Part shown: positions 1 to 8,228 of the stretch, piece after piece
How positions within the stretch are numbered: position 1 is the stretch's first letter
Layout: each line of letters starts with the position of its first letter
Source: Thermoanaerobaculaceae bacterium
GTDB lineage: Bacteria > Acidobacteriota > Thermoanaerobaculia > Thermoanaerobaculales > Thermoanaerobaculaceae
Reading direction: 5' to 3'
Assembly: GCA_041494245.1 (NCBI GenBank)
Contig: JBGQAK010000014.1
Location: 7,664-71,663 of the forward strand
DNA length: 64,000 nucleotides
Position numbers and translations under genes: made by a program
Notes under the pieces: generated by a model
What the model saw: only the letters and a program-made list of their open reading frames with translations
Database searches by the model: none
What the model was told of the DNA's origin: nothing

Positions 1-696
1 ACCGCACGGCACCGCAACCGCCCCTGGGAAGTCCCCCGCCAGCGACCGGGCCGCCGCGAGCGCCCTGGGCTTGCCGTGGATGCCGGTCGCCCGCACGCGC
101 GTGAGGTCCCCTCCGGCGGGTGCGAGGCGCACCGGGTAGCCCCGGCCCTCGAGGGTGCGACGGGCCCGGGCGGCGTTCTCCTCCCTGGCGAACGCCCCCA
201 CCTGGACCTCCCAGCACGGCTCGTTGGGCATGCCGTCGCCGAGCGCGCGGATCTCGAGGCGCACGGGGACCACGCCCGGCCCCACCGAGTCGAGCGCCTC
301 GGCCGCGGCGCGGGAGAGGTCCAGGATGCGGCCGGCGATAAACGGCCCGCGGTCGTTGATGATGACGTCGGTCTGGCGGCCGTTGGCGAGGTTGACGACG
401 TGCACCCGAGTGCCGAACGGTAGGGTGCGGTGGGCCGCCGTCATCGCCCGCATGTCGTACGTGGGCCCCGACGCGGTCGCGCGGCCGTGGTACGGCTCCC
501 CGTACCAGGACGCCAGCCCCTCCTCGGTGGCAGCTCCGGCGGGGGGAGGCGGCGCCGTCCCGGGGTGGGGCCGCGTGGCCGTGCTTGCGCACCCCACCGC
601 AAACACGGCAGCTGCGATGATCGCCGCCCCGAGGAACGCGATTGCGGGCGGCGTCCTCGAACCCCGAGCCCCGAGCTCCGAGCCCCGCTCCTTCAA
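1..696 (-). CDS. rlpA: RlpA-like septal ring lytic transglycosylase lipoprotein (double-psi beta-barrel plus SPOR-like C-terminus); 3' end runs off the window
   Basis: Own reverse translation (absent from ORF track because no stop in window): ...AFLGAAIIAAAVFAVGCAST...LASWYGEPYHGRATASGPTYDMRAMTAAHRTLPFGTRVHVVNLANGRQTDVIINDRGPF... Lipobox AVGC. Only plausible start is TTG at 696, overlapping the purB stop (TTGA), with GAGGAG 7 nt upstream. Confidence 0.75.
   Translation of the reverse strand, partial: MKERGSELGARGSRTPPAIAFLGAAIIAAAVFAVGCASTATRPHPGTAPPPPAGAATEEGLASWYGEPYHGRATASGPTYDMRAMTAAHRTLPFGTRVHVVNLANGRQTDVIINDRGPFIAGRILDLSRAAAEALDSVGPGVVPVRLEIRALGDGMPNEPCWEVQVGAFAREENAARARRTLEGRGYPVRLAPAGGDLTRVRATGIHGKPRALAAARSLAGDFPGAVAVPCG
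662..689. repeat. tandem heptamer tract CCCCGAG CCCCGAG CTCCGAG CCCCGCT
   Basis: Read directly. The 16-mer ccccgagccccgagct recurs at 15584-15599. Lies in codons ~3-12 of the proposed rlpA reading frame. Confidence 0.8.
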
Positions 697-2126
697 ACCT
701 GCGGCTCCTCGTCGGCTGCCCCGGCGGGGTGGGCGGCCACCCAGGGTTTGACGGTCTCTGCCAGAAACTCGTCCACCTGCTCGGGAGCCCGCCCCACGTA
801 CCGTCGGCTGTCGAGCAGGGCCGTGAGCTGGGCCTCGTCCAGGCCGAACGCCTTCTCCTTCGCGACGAGATCCAGCAGGGGATTGCGCTCGCCGCCGTCC
901 TTGACGCGGCGCCCCGCCTCGCGGGAGAGCACGCGCAGCTTCTCGTGGAGTTTCTGGCGGTCGCCGCCGCGCGCCGAAGCCGCCAGCAGGATCTCCTCGC
1001 TGGCCATGAACGGGAGCTCGTCCTCGAGGTTGCGCCGCACCATCGCGGGGTGCACCTCCAGGCCGCCGGCGACCGAGCGCCACAGCAGCAGGAGGGCGTC
1101 CGCGGCGAGGTACGCCTCGGGGAGGACCAGCCGCCGGTTGGCGGAGTCGTCCAGGGTGCGCTCCAGCCACTGCGAGGCCGCCGTCCACGCCGCGTTGGGC
1201 TCCAGCGAGATGAGGTAACGGGCCAGGGACGTCATGCGCTCACAGCGCACCGGGTTGCGCTTGTAGGGCATCGCCGAGGAGCCCACCTGGGCCTCACCCA
1301 ACGGCTCATCGATCTCCTTGAGGCCCGAGAGCAGCCGGATGTCGGTGGCGAACTTGTGGGCCGACTGCGCCAGCCCCGAAAGGCAGGAGAGCAGGTAGAA
1401 CTCGGGCTTGCGCGGGGAGGTCTGCCCGGTGACGGGATAGGTGCCGGGGAAGCCGAACGCCCGCGCGATACGGCGGTCCAGCTCGCGCACCTTCGCGCCG
1501 TCCCCGAGGAGCTGCAGGAACGAGGCCTGCGTCCCGGTGGTGCCCTTGGCGCCGCGCAGGAGGAGGCGCGTGCGCTCGAACTCCAGGCGCTCCAGGTCGG
1601 CGAGCAGGTCAGAGAGCCACAGGCACGCGCGCTTGCCCACCGTGGTCGGCTGCGCGGGCTGGAAGTGGGTGTGCCCGAGGCAGGGCAGGTCGCGGTGGGC
1701 GCGGGCGAAATCGGCGAGAGCGGCGACGACACCGGCGGCGCGCTCGATCAACAGGTCCGCCCCGCGCCGCATGACGACGAGGTCGGCGTTGTCGGTGACG
1801 TAGCAGGAGGTGGCTCCCAGGTGCAGGAACGGCCCGGCGGCCGGCGCCACCTCGGCGAGGGCGCGGATATGCGCCATCACGTCGTGGCGAGTCTCGCGCT
1901 CGAGCGCGTCCGCGCGTGCGAGCTCCTCCTCGGTCGGCTCGAGGTGGGCCTCGAGCTGGGCGAGCGCCCCGGAGGGGATCGCCACGCCGAGGTCGCGCTC
2001 GGCGTGCATCAGCTCGAGCCACAGGCGGCGCCAGAGGCCGAACTTCACAGCGGGCGAGAACAGGCGCCGCATCGCCCGCGAGGAGTACCGCCCCGTGAGG
2101 GGGTGCACGAACTCGTCCATTGCCAT
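693..2126 (-). CDS. purB: adenylosuccinate lyase
   Basis: ORF 693..2231 trimmed to MAMDEFVHPLTGRYSS (ATG at 2126). Fumarate-lyase signature GSSAMPYKRNP. Confidence 0.93.
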   Translation of the reverse strand: MAMDEFVHPLTGRYSSRAMRRLFSPAVKFGLWRRLWLELMHAERDLGVAIPSGALAQLEAHLEPTEEELARADALERETRHDVMAHIRALAEVAPAAGPFLHLGATSCYVTDNADLVVMRRGADLLIERAAGVVAALADFARAHRDLPCLGHTHFQPAQPTTVGKRACLWLSDLLADLERLEFERTRLLLRGAKGTTGTQASFLQLLGDGAKVRELDRRIARAFGFPGTYPVTGQTSPRKPEFYLLSCLSGLAQSAHKFATDIRLLSGLKEIDEPLGEAQVGSSAMPYKRNPVRCERMTSLARYLISLEPNAAWTAASQWLERTLDDSANRRLVLPEAYLAADALLLLWRSVAGGLEVHPAMVRRNLEDELPFMASEEILLAASARGGDRQKLHEKLRVLSREAGRRVKDGGERNPLLDLVAKEKAFGLDEAQLTALLDSRRYVGRAPEQVDEFLAETVKPWVAAHPAGAADEEPQV

Positions 2127-2281
2127 GCCGCCATTCTGCCATGTTTCTCGAGGCTCTCGCGCGTGCGGCGCTCGGGCGTTGGGGCCCGCTCCCTGCGGGC
2201 CGGCAACCTTGACTTGCCGGTGGGGGTTCACGACAATCGAATTCTCCGTGCGGGCATCCCCGCTTCGGGCGGAGGAACCTC

Positions 2282-3259
2282 GTGGCTGGCCAAAGCGAAG
2301 TGAGGAGGAAGGTGGCGGTGATCGCCTTTGGGGGCAACGCGCTGCTCCGGCCCCAGGACCACGGCACCCAGGAGGAGCAGTTCACCCTCGCCTGGAAGGC
2401 CACGCGCTGGCTGGTCGAGATCATCCACCGGGGGTTCGAGCTGGTGATCGTGCACGGCAACGGCCCCCAGGTTGGCAACATCATGATCCAGGTCGAGGAG
2501 GCGATCACCAAGATCCCGCCCCAGAGCCTCGAGGTGTGTGTCGCCCAGACCGAGGGCTCGATGGGCTACATGCTGCAGAATCAATTGAGAAATCGTCTCA
2601 ATGAGGAGCAGCTCTCCAAGGAGGTCGTGACGGTCCTCACCGAGGTCGAGGTCGCCCGCGACGACCCCGCCTTCGAGAACCCCTCCAAGCCGGTGGGGCC
2701 GTACTTCACCGCGTACCGCGCCAACCTCCTGATGCAGGAGCAGGGGTGGCAGATGGTAGAGGATGCGGGCCGCGGGTGGCGCAAGGTCGTTCCGTCGCCG
2801 CGCCCCACGCGCATCCTGGACGTCGGCACGGTGAAGCGGCTGGTGCAGGGTGGCGCGGTGGTGATCTCGGCGGGGGGCGGGGGCATCCCGGTCTACCAGG
2901 ACGTCGGCGGGTACTACCGCGGCGTCGAGGCGGTGATCGACAAGGACTACACGGCCTCCCTGCTCGCGCAGGAGATGGACGCGGAGCTGTTCATCATCCT
3001 GACCCAGGTGCCGCAGGTTGCAGAGAACTTCGGGCGCGCCAACCGGAGGTGGCTCGACGTCGTCACCGTCTCCAAGGCGAAGGAGATGCTCGAGCACAAC
3101 CAGTTCCCGCCCGGCTCGATGGGCCCCAAGATCCGGGCCGCCCTCGCGTTCGTCGAGAAGACCGGCAAGGAGGTTCTGATCACCGACGCCGAGCACCTCA
3201 AGGACGCGCTGGCGCGCACCTCGGGCACCTACGTCGTCCCCGACGGTAGGGAGGGTTGA
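2282..3259 (+). CDS. arcC: carbamate kinase
   Basis: VAVIAFGGNALL N-terminus and overall carbamate kinase pattern. True start may be GTG 2312 just after GAGGAGG (2302-2308). Stop TGA abuts the next ATG. Confidence 0.88.
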   Translation: MAGQSEVRRKVAVIAFGGNALLRPQDHGTQEEQFTLAWKATRWLVEIIHRGFELVIVHGNGPQVGNIMIQVEEAITKIPPQSLEVCVAQTEGSMGYMLQNQLRNRLNEEQLSKEVVTVLTEVEVARDDPAFENPSKPVGPYFTAYRANLLMQEQGWQMVEDAGRGWRKVVPSPRPTRILDVGTVKRLVQGGAVVISAGGGGIPVYQDVGGYYRGVEAVIDKDYTASLLAQEMDAELFIILTQVPQVAENFGRANRRWLDVVTVSKAKEMLEHNQFPPGSMGPKIRAALAFVEKTGKEVLITDAEHLKDALARTSGTYVVPDGREG

Positions 3260-4198
3260 ATGTTCGACAACCCTTGGCAGCGGCACAAGGACCTGATCTC
3301 GATCCACGACCTCAGCGCCGAGGAGGTCGAGGCCCTGTTCCAGCTTGCGGCCAACGTGAAGGCGCGCCCCGACCGCTACCGGTCGGCGCTCTCGGGGCAG
3401 ACGCTGGCCATGATCTTCGAGAAGGCCTCCACCCGGACCCGGGTGTCGTTCGAGGCCGGGATGTACCAGCTCGGCGGCCTAGCGATGTTCCTCTCGAGCC
3501 GCGACATCCAGATCGGCCGCGGGGAGACGATCCACGACACCGCCAAGGTGCTCTCGCGCTACGTGAACGGCATCATGGCCCGCACCTTCGCCCACTCCAC
3601 GGTCACCGAGCTCGCCAGGCACGCCACCGTCCCGGTCATCAACGGGCTCACCGACCTCCTCCACCCCTGCCAGGCGCTGACCGATTACTTCACGGCGCGG
3701 GAGAGGTTCGGCCACACCCGTGGCCTCACCCTCGCCTACATCGGCGACGGCAACAACATGTGCCACTCCCTGATGTTCGGGGGGCCGAAGGTGGGCATGA
3801 GCGTGCGGGTGGCCACCCCCGAGGGGTACCGGCCGAAGCCGGAGATCCTCGATCTGGCGCGCCAGGACGCGGCGGCCGGCGGGACCACCATCGAGGTCGT
3901 CTCGCGCCCCGAGGACGCCGTCCGCGGCGCTCACGTGGTCTACACCGACGTGTTCGCCTCGATGGGGCAGGAGGCCGAGGCCGAGGTGCGGCGCAAGGCG
4001 TTCGCCGGCTACCAGGTCAACTCGGCGCTGATGGTGACGGCCGATAAGGACGCGATCTTCATGCACTGCCTGCCGTGCCACCGCGGCGAGGAGGTGCACG
4101 CCGACGTGGCCGATGGCCGCTGGTCCGTGATCTTCGACGAGGCGGAGAACCGCCTCCACGTCCAGAAGGCCATCATGCTCATGCTCATGAACCGGTGA
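3260..4198 (+). CDS. argF: ornithine carbamoyltransferase
   Basis: STRTRVSFE, HPCQALTD and HCLPCHRGEE motifs; 312 aa. Confidence 0.93.
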   Translation: MFDNPWQRHKDLISIHDLSAEEVEALFQLAANVKARPDRYRSALSGQTLAMIFEKASTRTRVSFEAGMYQLGGLAMFLSSRDIQIGRGETIHDTAKVLSRYVNGIMARTFAHSTVTELARHATVPVINGLTDLLHPCQALTDYFTARERFGHTRGLTLAYIGDGNNMCHSLMFGGPKVGMSVRVATPEGYRPKPEILDLARQDAAAGGTTIEVVSRPEDAVRGAHVVYTDVFASMGQEAEAEVRRKAFAGYQVNSALMVTADKDAIFMHCLPCHRGEEVHADVADGRWSVIFDEAENRLHVQKAIMLMLMNR

Positions 4199-4221
4199 GG
4201 CGGGGGCCGCCGGCCCCCGCC
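4199..4221 (+). terminator. GC-rich hairpin immediately after argF stop (ggcgggggcc-gcc-ggcccccgcc), no U-tract
   Basis: Perfect 10-bp stem with 3-nt loop read directly. Lack of a T-run lowers confidence as an intrinsic terminator. Confidence 0.4.
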
Positions 4222-4252
4222 GCCCCCCGAAAGACAATCCTCTTCCGTTGAT

Positions 4253-4900
4253 TTGCCACGCCGTGGCTTTTTCTTGCCCCGCGGGTTAGCTACCTGGCTT
4301 TCTCTGTCACTGCGTGACGGCTGTGGTGCCGGCGCCGCGGGTGGCTGGGTGCGGCCTTGCGTCTCCCCAGCCGCTGCGGCCGCACACTCCTCCGCCGGCG
4401 ACCACGCATGGCGGGCCCGGCGTGAGGCTCCTCGGTGTTCGCTCGTCGCCACAAGGCTGGGTTCCTCGCGCCACCGACACCTCACGCCGGATCCCGCCGC
4501 GTGGTGCCCGCGGGCTCCGGAGCGATTGGCCCCCCGCGGCACCGGCGGAGGTAAAGCCCCCCTCCCCTAACGCGGTGCACTCTGCCGATGGGGCGAGAGG
4601 CCTGGCAAGAGCATCCGGTGTGTGCAGGTGCACAGGAAATCGGGGGGGTGGTGGTGAAATCCGCCCCGCGGGCGATAGGAGCCATTGCGGCGGAGCGTGC
4701 GGGGACCGAGCGGCCAGACCGGCGGGTGGAGACGCTGGCCCCGACCGAGATCCTTATACGAGGGAGGGGAACAGCGAGGCTTCGCACGACGGTCTGTGCC
4801 AGCTCGGTCGAACGCGGAGGCGGGTCGGAGGCGCGGCCTCGACGGCCGTGCCGAGCGACTGCTCCCAGCCCGCGGGGCAAAGAAAGCCACGAAGTGGCAA
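4253..4900. repeat. 648-bp non-coding element bounded by ~33-bp imperfect inverted repeats (MITE-like element or large structured RNA)
   Basis: 4253-4285 ttgccacgccgtggctttttcttgccccgcggg versus the reverse complement of 4869-4900, ttgccacttcgtggctttctttgccccgcggg (about 28/33, one gap). No credible CDS inside. Confidence 0.45.
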
Positions 4901-4981
4901 GAATAGAGACCATGCGTGTCAGCTTGGCGTGCCACGGCGGCGGGTGTCCATCTGGCGTGAGCCTCAGTCCGTGGTGTAGAT

Positions 4982-4997
4982 TGGCAGGCCGATTGCT
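4982..4997 (+). promoter_or_regulatory. candidate sigma-54 (-24/-12) promoter for the ABC/GldG/DUF4340 operon
   Basis: TGGCAGGccgaTTGCT versus consensus TGGCACG-N4-TTGCW. Correct GG-N10-GC spacing with one mismatch. Lies 87 nt upstream of the GTG at 5084. Confidence 0.5.
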
Positions 4998-5083
4998 AAG
5001 GGTTCCCGGGATGGGGACCATCCCGCGGCCGGACCCCGACGTCCGAGGGCGCTGGCGCGTGCACGCACAACCGGAGGTGACTC

Positions 5084-6049
5084 GTGATCGAGGTTGAGGG
5101 TCTGACGAAACGGTTCGTGGACAAGGACGTCGTCGCCAACGTCTCGTTCTTCGTTCCGGAGGGCGAGGTGCTTGGGTTCCTGGGGCCCAACGGCGCTGGC
5201 AAGACGACGACGATGCGCATGATCACCGGGTTCCTCTCGGCCACCGCGGGGAAGGTTCGGGTGGCGGGGCTGGACGTGGACCGAGACCCTCTCGGGGTGC
5301 GCGCCCGCATCGGCTACCTCCCGGAGAACGTGGCCCTGTACCCGGAAATGCGGGTGGACGAGTACCTGCGCTACCGCGCCGCGGTCGAGGGCGTGCCGCG
5401 CGGCGATGTGCGCTCCCGCGTGGACGAGGTGGGCGAGCGCTGCATGGTCAACGACGTGCGGCACCAGGTGATCGGGACGCTCTCCAAGGGCTACCGGCAA
5501 CGGGTCGGCCTGGCGGCGGCTCTCGTCCACCACCCGCCGGTCCTCATCCTGGACGAGCCCACGGTGGGCCTCGACCCGCGCCAGATCGTCAAGACCCGCG
5601 AGCTCATCACCGAGCTGGGCCGCGAGCACACCGTGATCCTCTCGACGCACATCCTGCCTGAGGTCGAGCAGATCTGCCGGCGCGTGCTGATCATCGACAA
5701 CGGCACGATCGTCGCCGACGGAACGCCCGAGCAGCTGCGCGCCGGCCTCACGGGCACGGCGGAGGTGAAGGTCGAGCTCGAGGCCCCGCCGGCGGAGGCC
5801 CTCGTAGGTCTCGCGGCGCTGCCCGGTGCGAAGAAGGTGCGTGACGTCGGGAACGGGCGTTTCCAGATCACCGTGGGCGGCGGCGCCGACATTCGGCGTG
5901 AGGTGTTCTCGCTGGCCGTCCAGAAGGGGTGGGTGCTGCTGGAGCTCTCCTCGAGCCTGCCGTCCCTCGAGACGGTCTTCCTGCGCCTGACCACGCAGGA
6001 CGTCGAGGCGGAGCACGAGGCTCCCGCGGAGGAGGCGGCCAATGCGTAA
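5084..6049 (+). CDS. ABC transporter ATP-binding protein (GldA-like, ABC-2 type)
   Basis: Walker A GPNGAGKTTT, signature LSKGYRQR, Walker B VLILDEP. GTG start with GGAGG 8 nt upstream. Confidence 0.9.
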   Translation: MIEVEGLTKRFVDKDVVANVSFFVPEGEVLGFLGPNGAGKTTTMRMITGFLSATAGKVRVAGLDVDRDPLGVRARIGYLPENVALYPEMRVDEYLRYRAAVEGVPRGDVRSRVDEVGERCMVNDVRHQVIGTLSKGYRQRVGLAAALVHHPPVLILDEPTVGLDPRQIVKTRELITELGREHTVILSTHILPEVEQICRRVLIIDNGTIVADGTPEQLRAGLTGTAEVKVELEAPPAEALVGLAALPGAKKVRDVGNGRFQITVGGGADIRREVFSLAVQKGWVLLELSSSLPSLETVFLRLTTQDVEAEHEAPAEEAANA

Positions 6050-6782
6050 GCTCCTCGCGCTCGTCAACCGTGAGTTGGTGGCGTACTTCTCCTCGCCGCT
6101 CGCCTACGTCGTGCTCACCGCGTTCCTGTTCGTCAACGGGTACGTCTTCTACCTCATCGTCGCGTTCCTCAACGACCCGCGCACCCCGGGGATGGCTCCC
6201 CTGAAGCTGATCTTCGGCGGGACGATCTTCTTCTGGCTGTACCTGCTGTTCGTGGTGCCGGTGATCACCATGCGCCTGCTGGCCGAGGAGCGCCGCAGCG
6301 GCACGCTGGAAGTCCTCCTCACCTCGCCCGTGAGCGAGGGCCAGGTGGTAGCGGCGAAGCTTTTCGCGGCGTTCGTGTTCTACGTCTTCCTCTGGGTTCC
6401 GACACTGGCCTACGTCGCGATCCTCGCGAGCAGGGCCAGGCTCGACTACGGCCCGGTGGCCAGCGGCTACCTCGGCATCGCGCTGCTGGGTGCGATGTTC
6501 CTCTCGGTGGGGCTGCTCACCTCGTCGCTCGTGCGCAACCAGATCATCGCGGCGGTCCTGGCGTTCGCGATTCTCATCGTGCTGTTCTCCCTCGGGCTGG
6601 TGGAAAACCTGGTCACCAACGCAACGCTCAAGGGGGCGCTCGGGTACATGAACCTGTGGAACCACATGGACGACTTCGGCCGCGGAATCGTGGACACGCG
6701 CCACGTCGTCTACAACCTCAGCCTGACCGGTTTCTTCGCGTTCCTGGCCACGAGGGCGCTCGAAGCGAGCAAGGGGAGGTGA
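6042..6782 (+). CDS. ABC-2 type transporter permease (GldF-like)
   Basis: 246-aa polytopic membrane protein, 8-nt overlap with the upstream ATPase. EERRSGTLEVLLTSP motif typical of ABC-2 permeases. Confidence 0.85.
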   Translation: MRKLLALVNRELVAYFSSPLAYVVLTAFLFVNGYVFYLIVAFLNDPRTPGMAPLKLIFGGTIFFWLYLLFVVPVITMRLLAEERRSGTLEVLLTSPVSEGQVVAAKLFAAFVFYVFLWVPTLAYVAILASRARLDYGPVASGYLGIALLGAMFLSVGLLTSSLVRNQIIAAVLAFAILIVLFSLGLVENLVTNATLKGALGYMNLWNHMDDFGRGIVDTRHVVYNLSLTGFFAFLATRALEASKGR

Positions 6783-6785
6783 GCC

Positions 6786-8219
6786 GTGCGCAGGGAGAAG
6801 ATCGTCTTCGCATCGAGCGCCACCGCCGGCATCGTCCTGGCGGCGGCGCTTCTGGGCATGGTCAACTGGCTCGGCTACCGGCACTACCTGCGCGGCGACT
6901 GGACCGCATCGCACCTCTACTCGCTCTCCCAAAAGACGAAGAACGTGCTGAAGGGGGTCAAGGACGAGGTGAGGGTCGTGGTGCTGATGACCCCGACCAC
7001 TCCGCTCTTCGGTGAGACCAAGGAACTGCTCTCGCGCTACGAGGCGTTGAGCCCCAAGCTTAAGGTGGAGTTCATCGACCCCGAGCGTGACCCCCTCCGC
7101 ACGAGGCAGCTCGCCCAGGAGTTCGGGGTCTCCGCGGCCAACACCGTGGTGTTCTCCGCGGACGGCCGGAAGAAGTACGTGACCTCCGATCAGCTCGCCG
7201 ACTACGACTACAGCGGGATGCAGATGGGACAGGGGCCGAAGCTCAAGGGCTTCAAGGGCGAGGAGCAGTTCACGTCGGCCATCCTGGGCGTCGTGAGCCC
7301 GAAGGTGCCCAAGGCGTACTTCTCGACCGGGCACGGCGAGCACGGCCTCGACGCCGCCGACGGCGACGGCTACTCGCAGTTCAAGGAGGTGCTCAAGCGC
7401 GACAACCTCGATGTGCAGACGGCCACGCTGCTGGCGGGTTCCGTGCCGGCGGACTGCGACCTGCTCGTGATCGCCGGCCCCAAGGTCCCCTTCACCGAGC
7501 AGGAGAAGGCCGCGCTCAAGACCTACCTTGAGAAGGGCGGGCGCGCAATGATCCTGCTCGACCCGGTGATCGGGCAGCAGCAACGGCCCTCGGGCCTGGA
7601 GGATTTCCTCAAGGCCTACGGCGTCCAGGTCAACAACGACATCGTGGTCGACCCGGAGAAGCAGCTGCCGTTCTTTTCGCTGGCGGCCGTGTACGCGAAC
7701 GAGTTCCGCTCGCACCCCGTGGTGGACCCGATGCAGGGCCTCGCCGTGCTGCTGCCGGTGGCCCGCTCGGTCACCACCACGATGGCGCCCGGCGCCGCCT
7801 CCACGATCCTCCTCACCACCTCGCCCCAGGGGTGGGGCGTGACCGACATCGCGGCGGTTGCTGCGGGCAAGCCGGTGAGCAAGGGCCCCAAGGACACGCA
7901 GGGCCCGGTCTCCCTCGGCGTGGCAGCCCAGTCCGAGACCGACAAAGACAAGGGGTGGCGGCTGGTGGTGTTCGGCAACTCGCTTTTCGCCGCCAACCAG
8001 TACCTCGCAAACGCCGGCAACGTGAACCTCGGCCTCAACGCGGCCGCGTGGCTGGCCAAGCAGGAGCAGGCCCTCGGGATCGCGCCGCGCGCCCCCGAGC
8101 AGGTGCAGCTCTTCCTGTCGGCGAGCCAGATGCGGACGGTGTTCCTCCTCTCCCTCGTCGTCCTGCCCGGGCTCGCCATCGTGATGGGCGTCACCGTGTG
8201 GTGGCGCCGCCGCCGCTAG
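6786..8219 (+). CDS. GldG-family ABC transporter auxiliary protein
   Basis: N- and C-terminal TM anchors. Conserved position after the ABC-2 permease and length (477 aa) typical of GldG. Confidence 0.8.
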   Translation: MRREKIVFASSATAGIVLAAALLGMVNWLGYRHYLRGDWTASHLYSLSQKTKNVLKGVKDEVRVVVLMTPTTPLFGETKELLSRYEALSPKLKVEFIDPERDPLRTRQLAQEFGVSAANTVVFSADGRKKYVTSDQLADYDYSGMQMGQGPKLKGFKGEEQFTSAILGVVSPKVPKAYFSTGHGEHGLDAADGDGYSQFKEVLKRDNLDVQTATLLAGSVPADCDLLVIAGPKVPFTEQEKAALKTYLEKGGRAMILLDPVIGQQQRPSGLEDFLKAYGVQVNNDIVVDPEKQLPFFSLAAVYANEFRSHPVVDPMQGLAVLLPVARSVTTTMAPGAASTILLTTSPQGWGVTDIAAVAAGKPVSKGPKDTQGPVSLGVAAQSETDKDKGWRLVVFGNSLFAANQYLANAGNVNLGLNAAAWLAKQEQALGIAPRAPEQVQLFLSASQMRTVFLLSLVVLPGLAIVMGVTVWWRRRR

Positions 8220-8228
8220 GGGGACGCC

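Noticed and set aside
4253-5083. ORF-track candidates inside the argF-ABC gap (4253..4570, 4314..4979, 4588..5097, 4567..4935, 4482..5021) as protein genes. I also considered an RNase P, tmRNA, SRP or 6S identity for this region.
   Set aside because: All frames give Arg/Pro/Gly/Ala-rich nonsense with no SD. I found none of the RNA hallmarks:
- GGAAAGTCCGG or ACAGAAxxCGGCTTA (RNase P)
- a tRNA-like 3' end or tag ORF (tmRNA)
- the SRP domain IV motif
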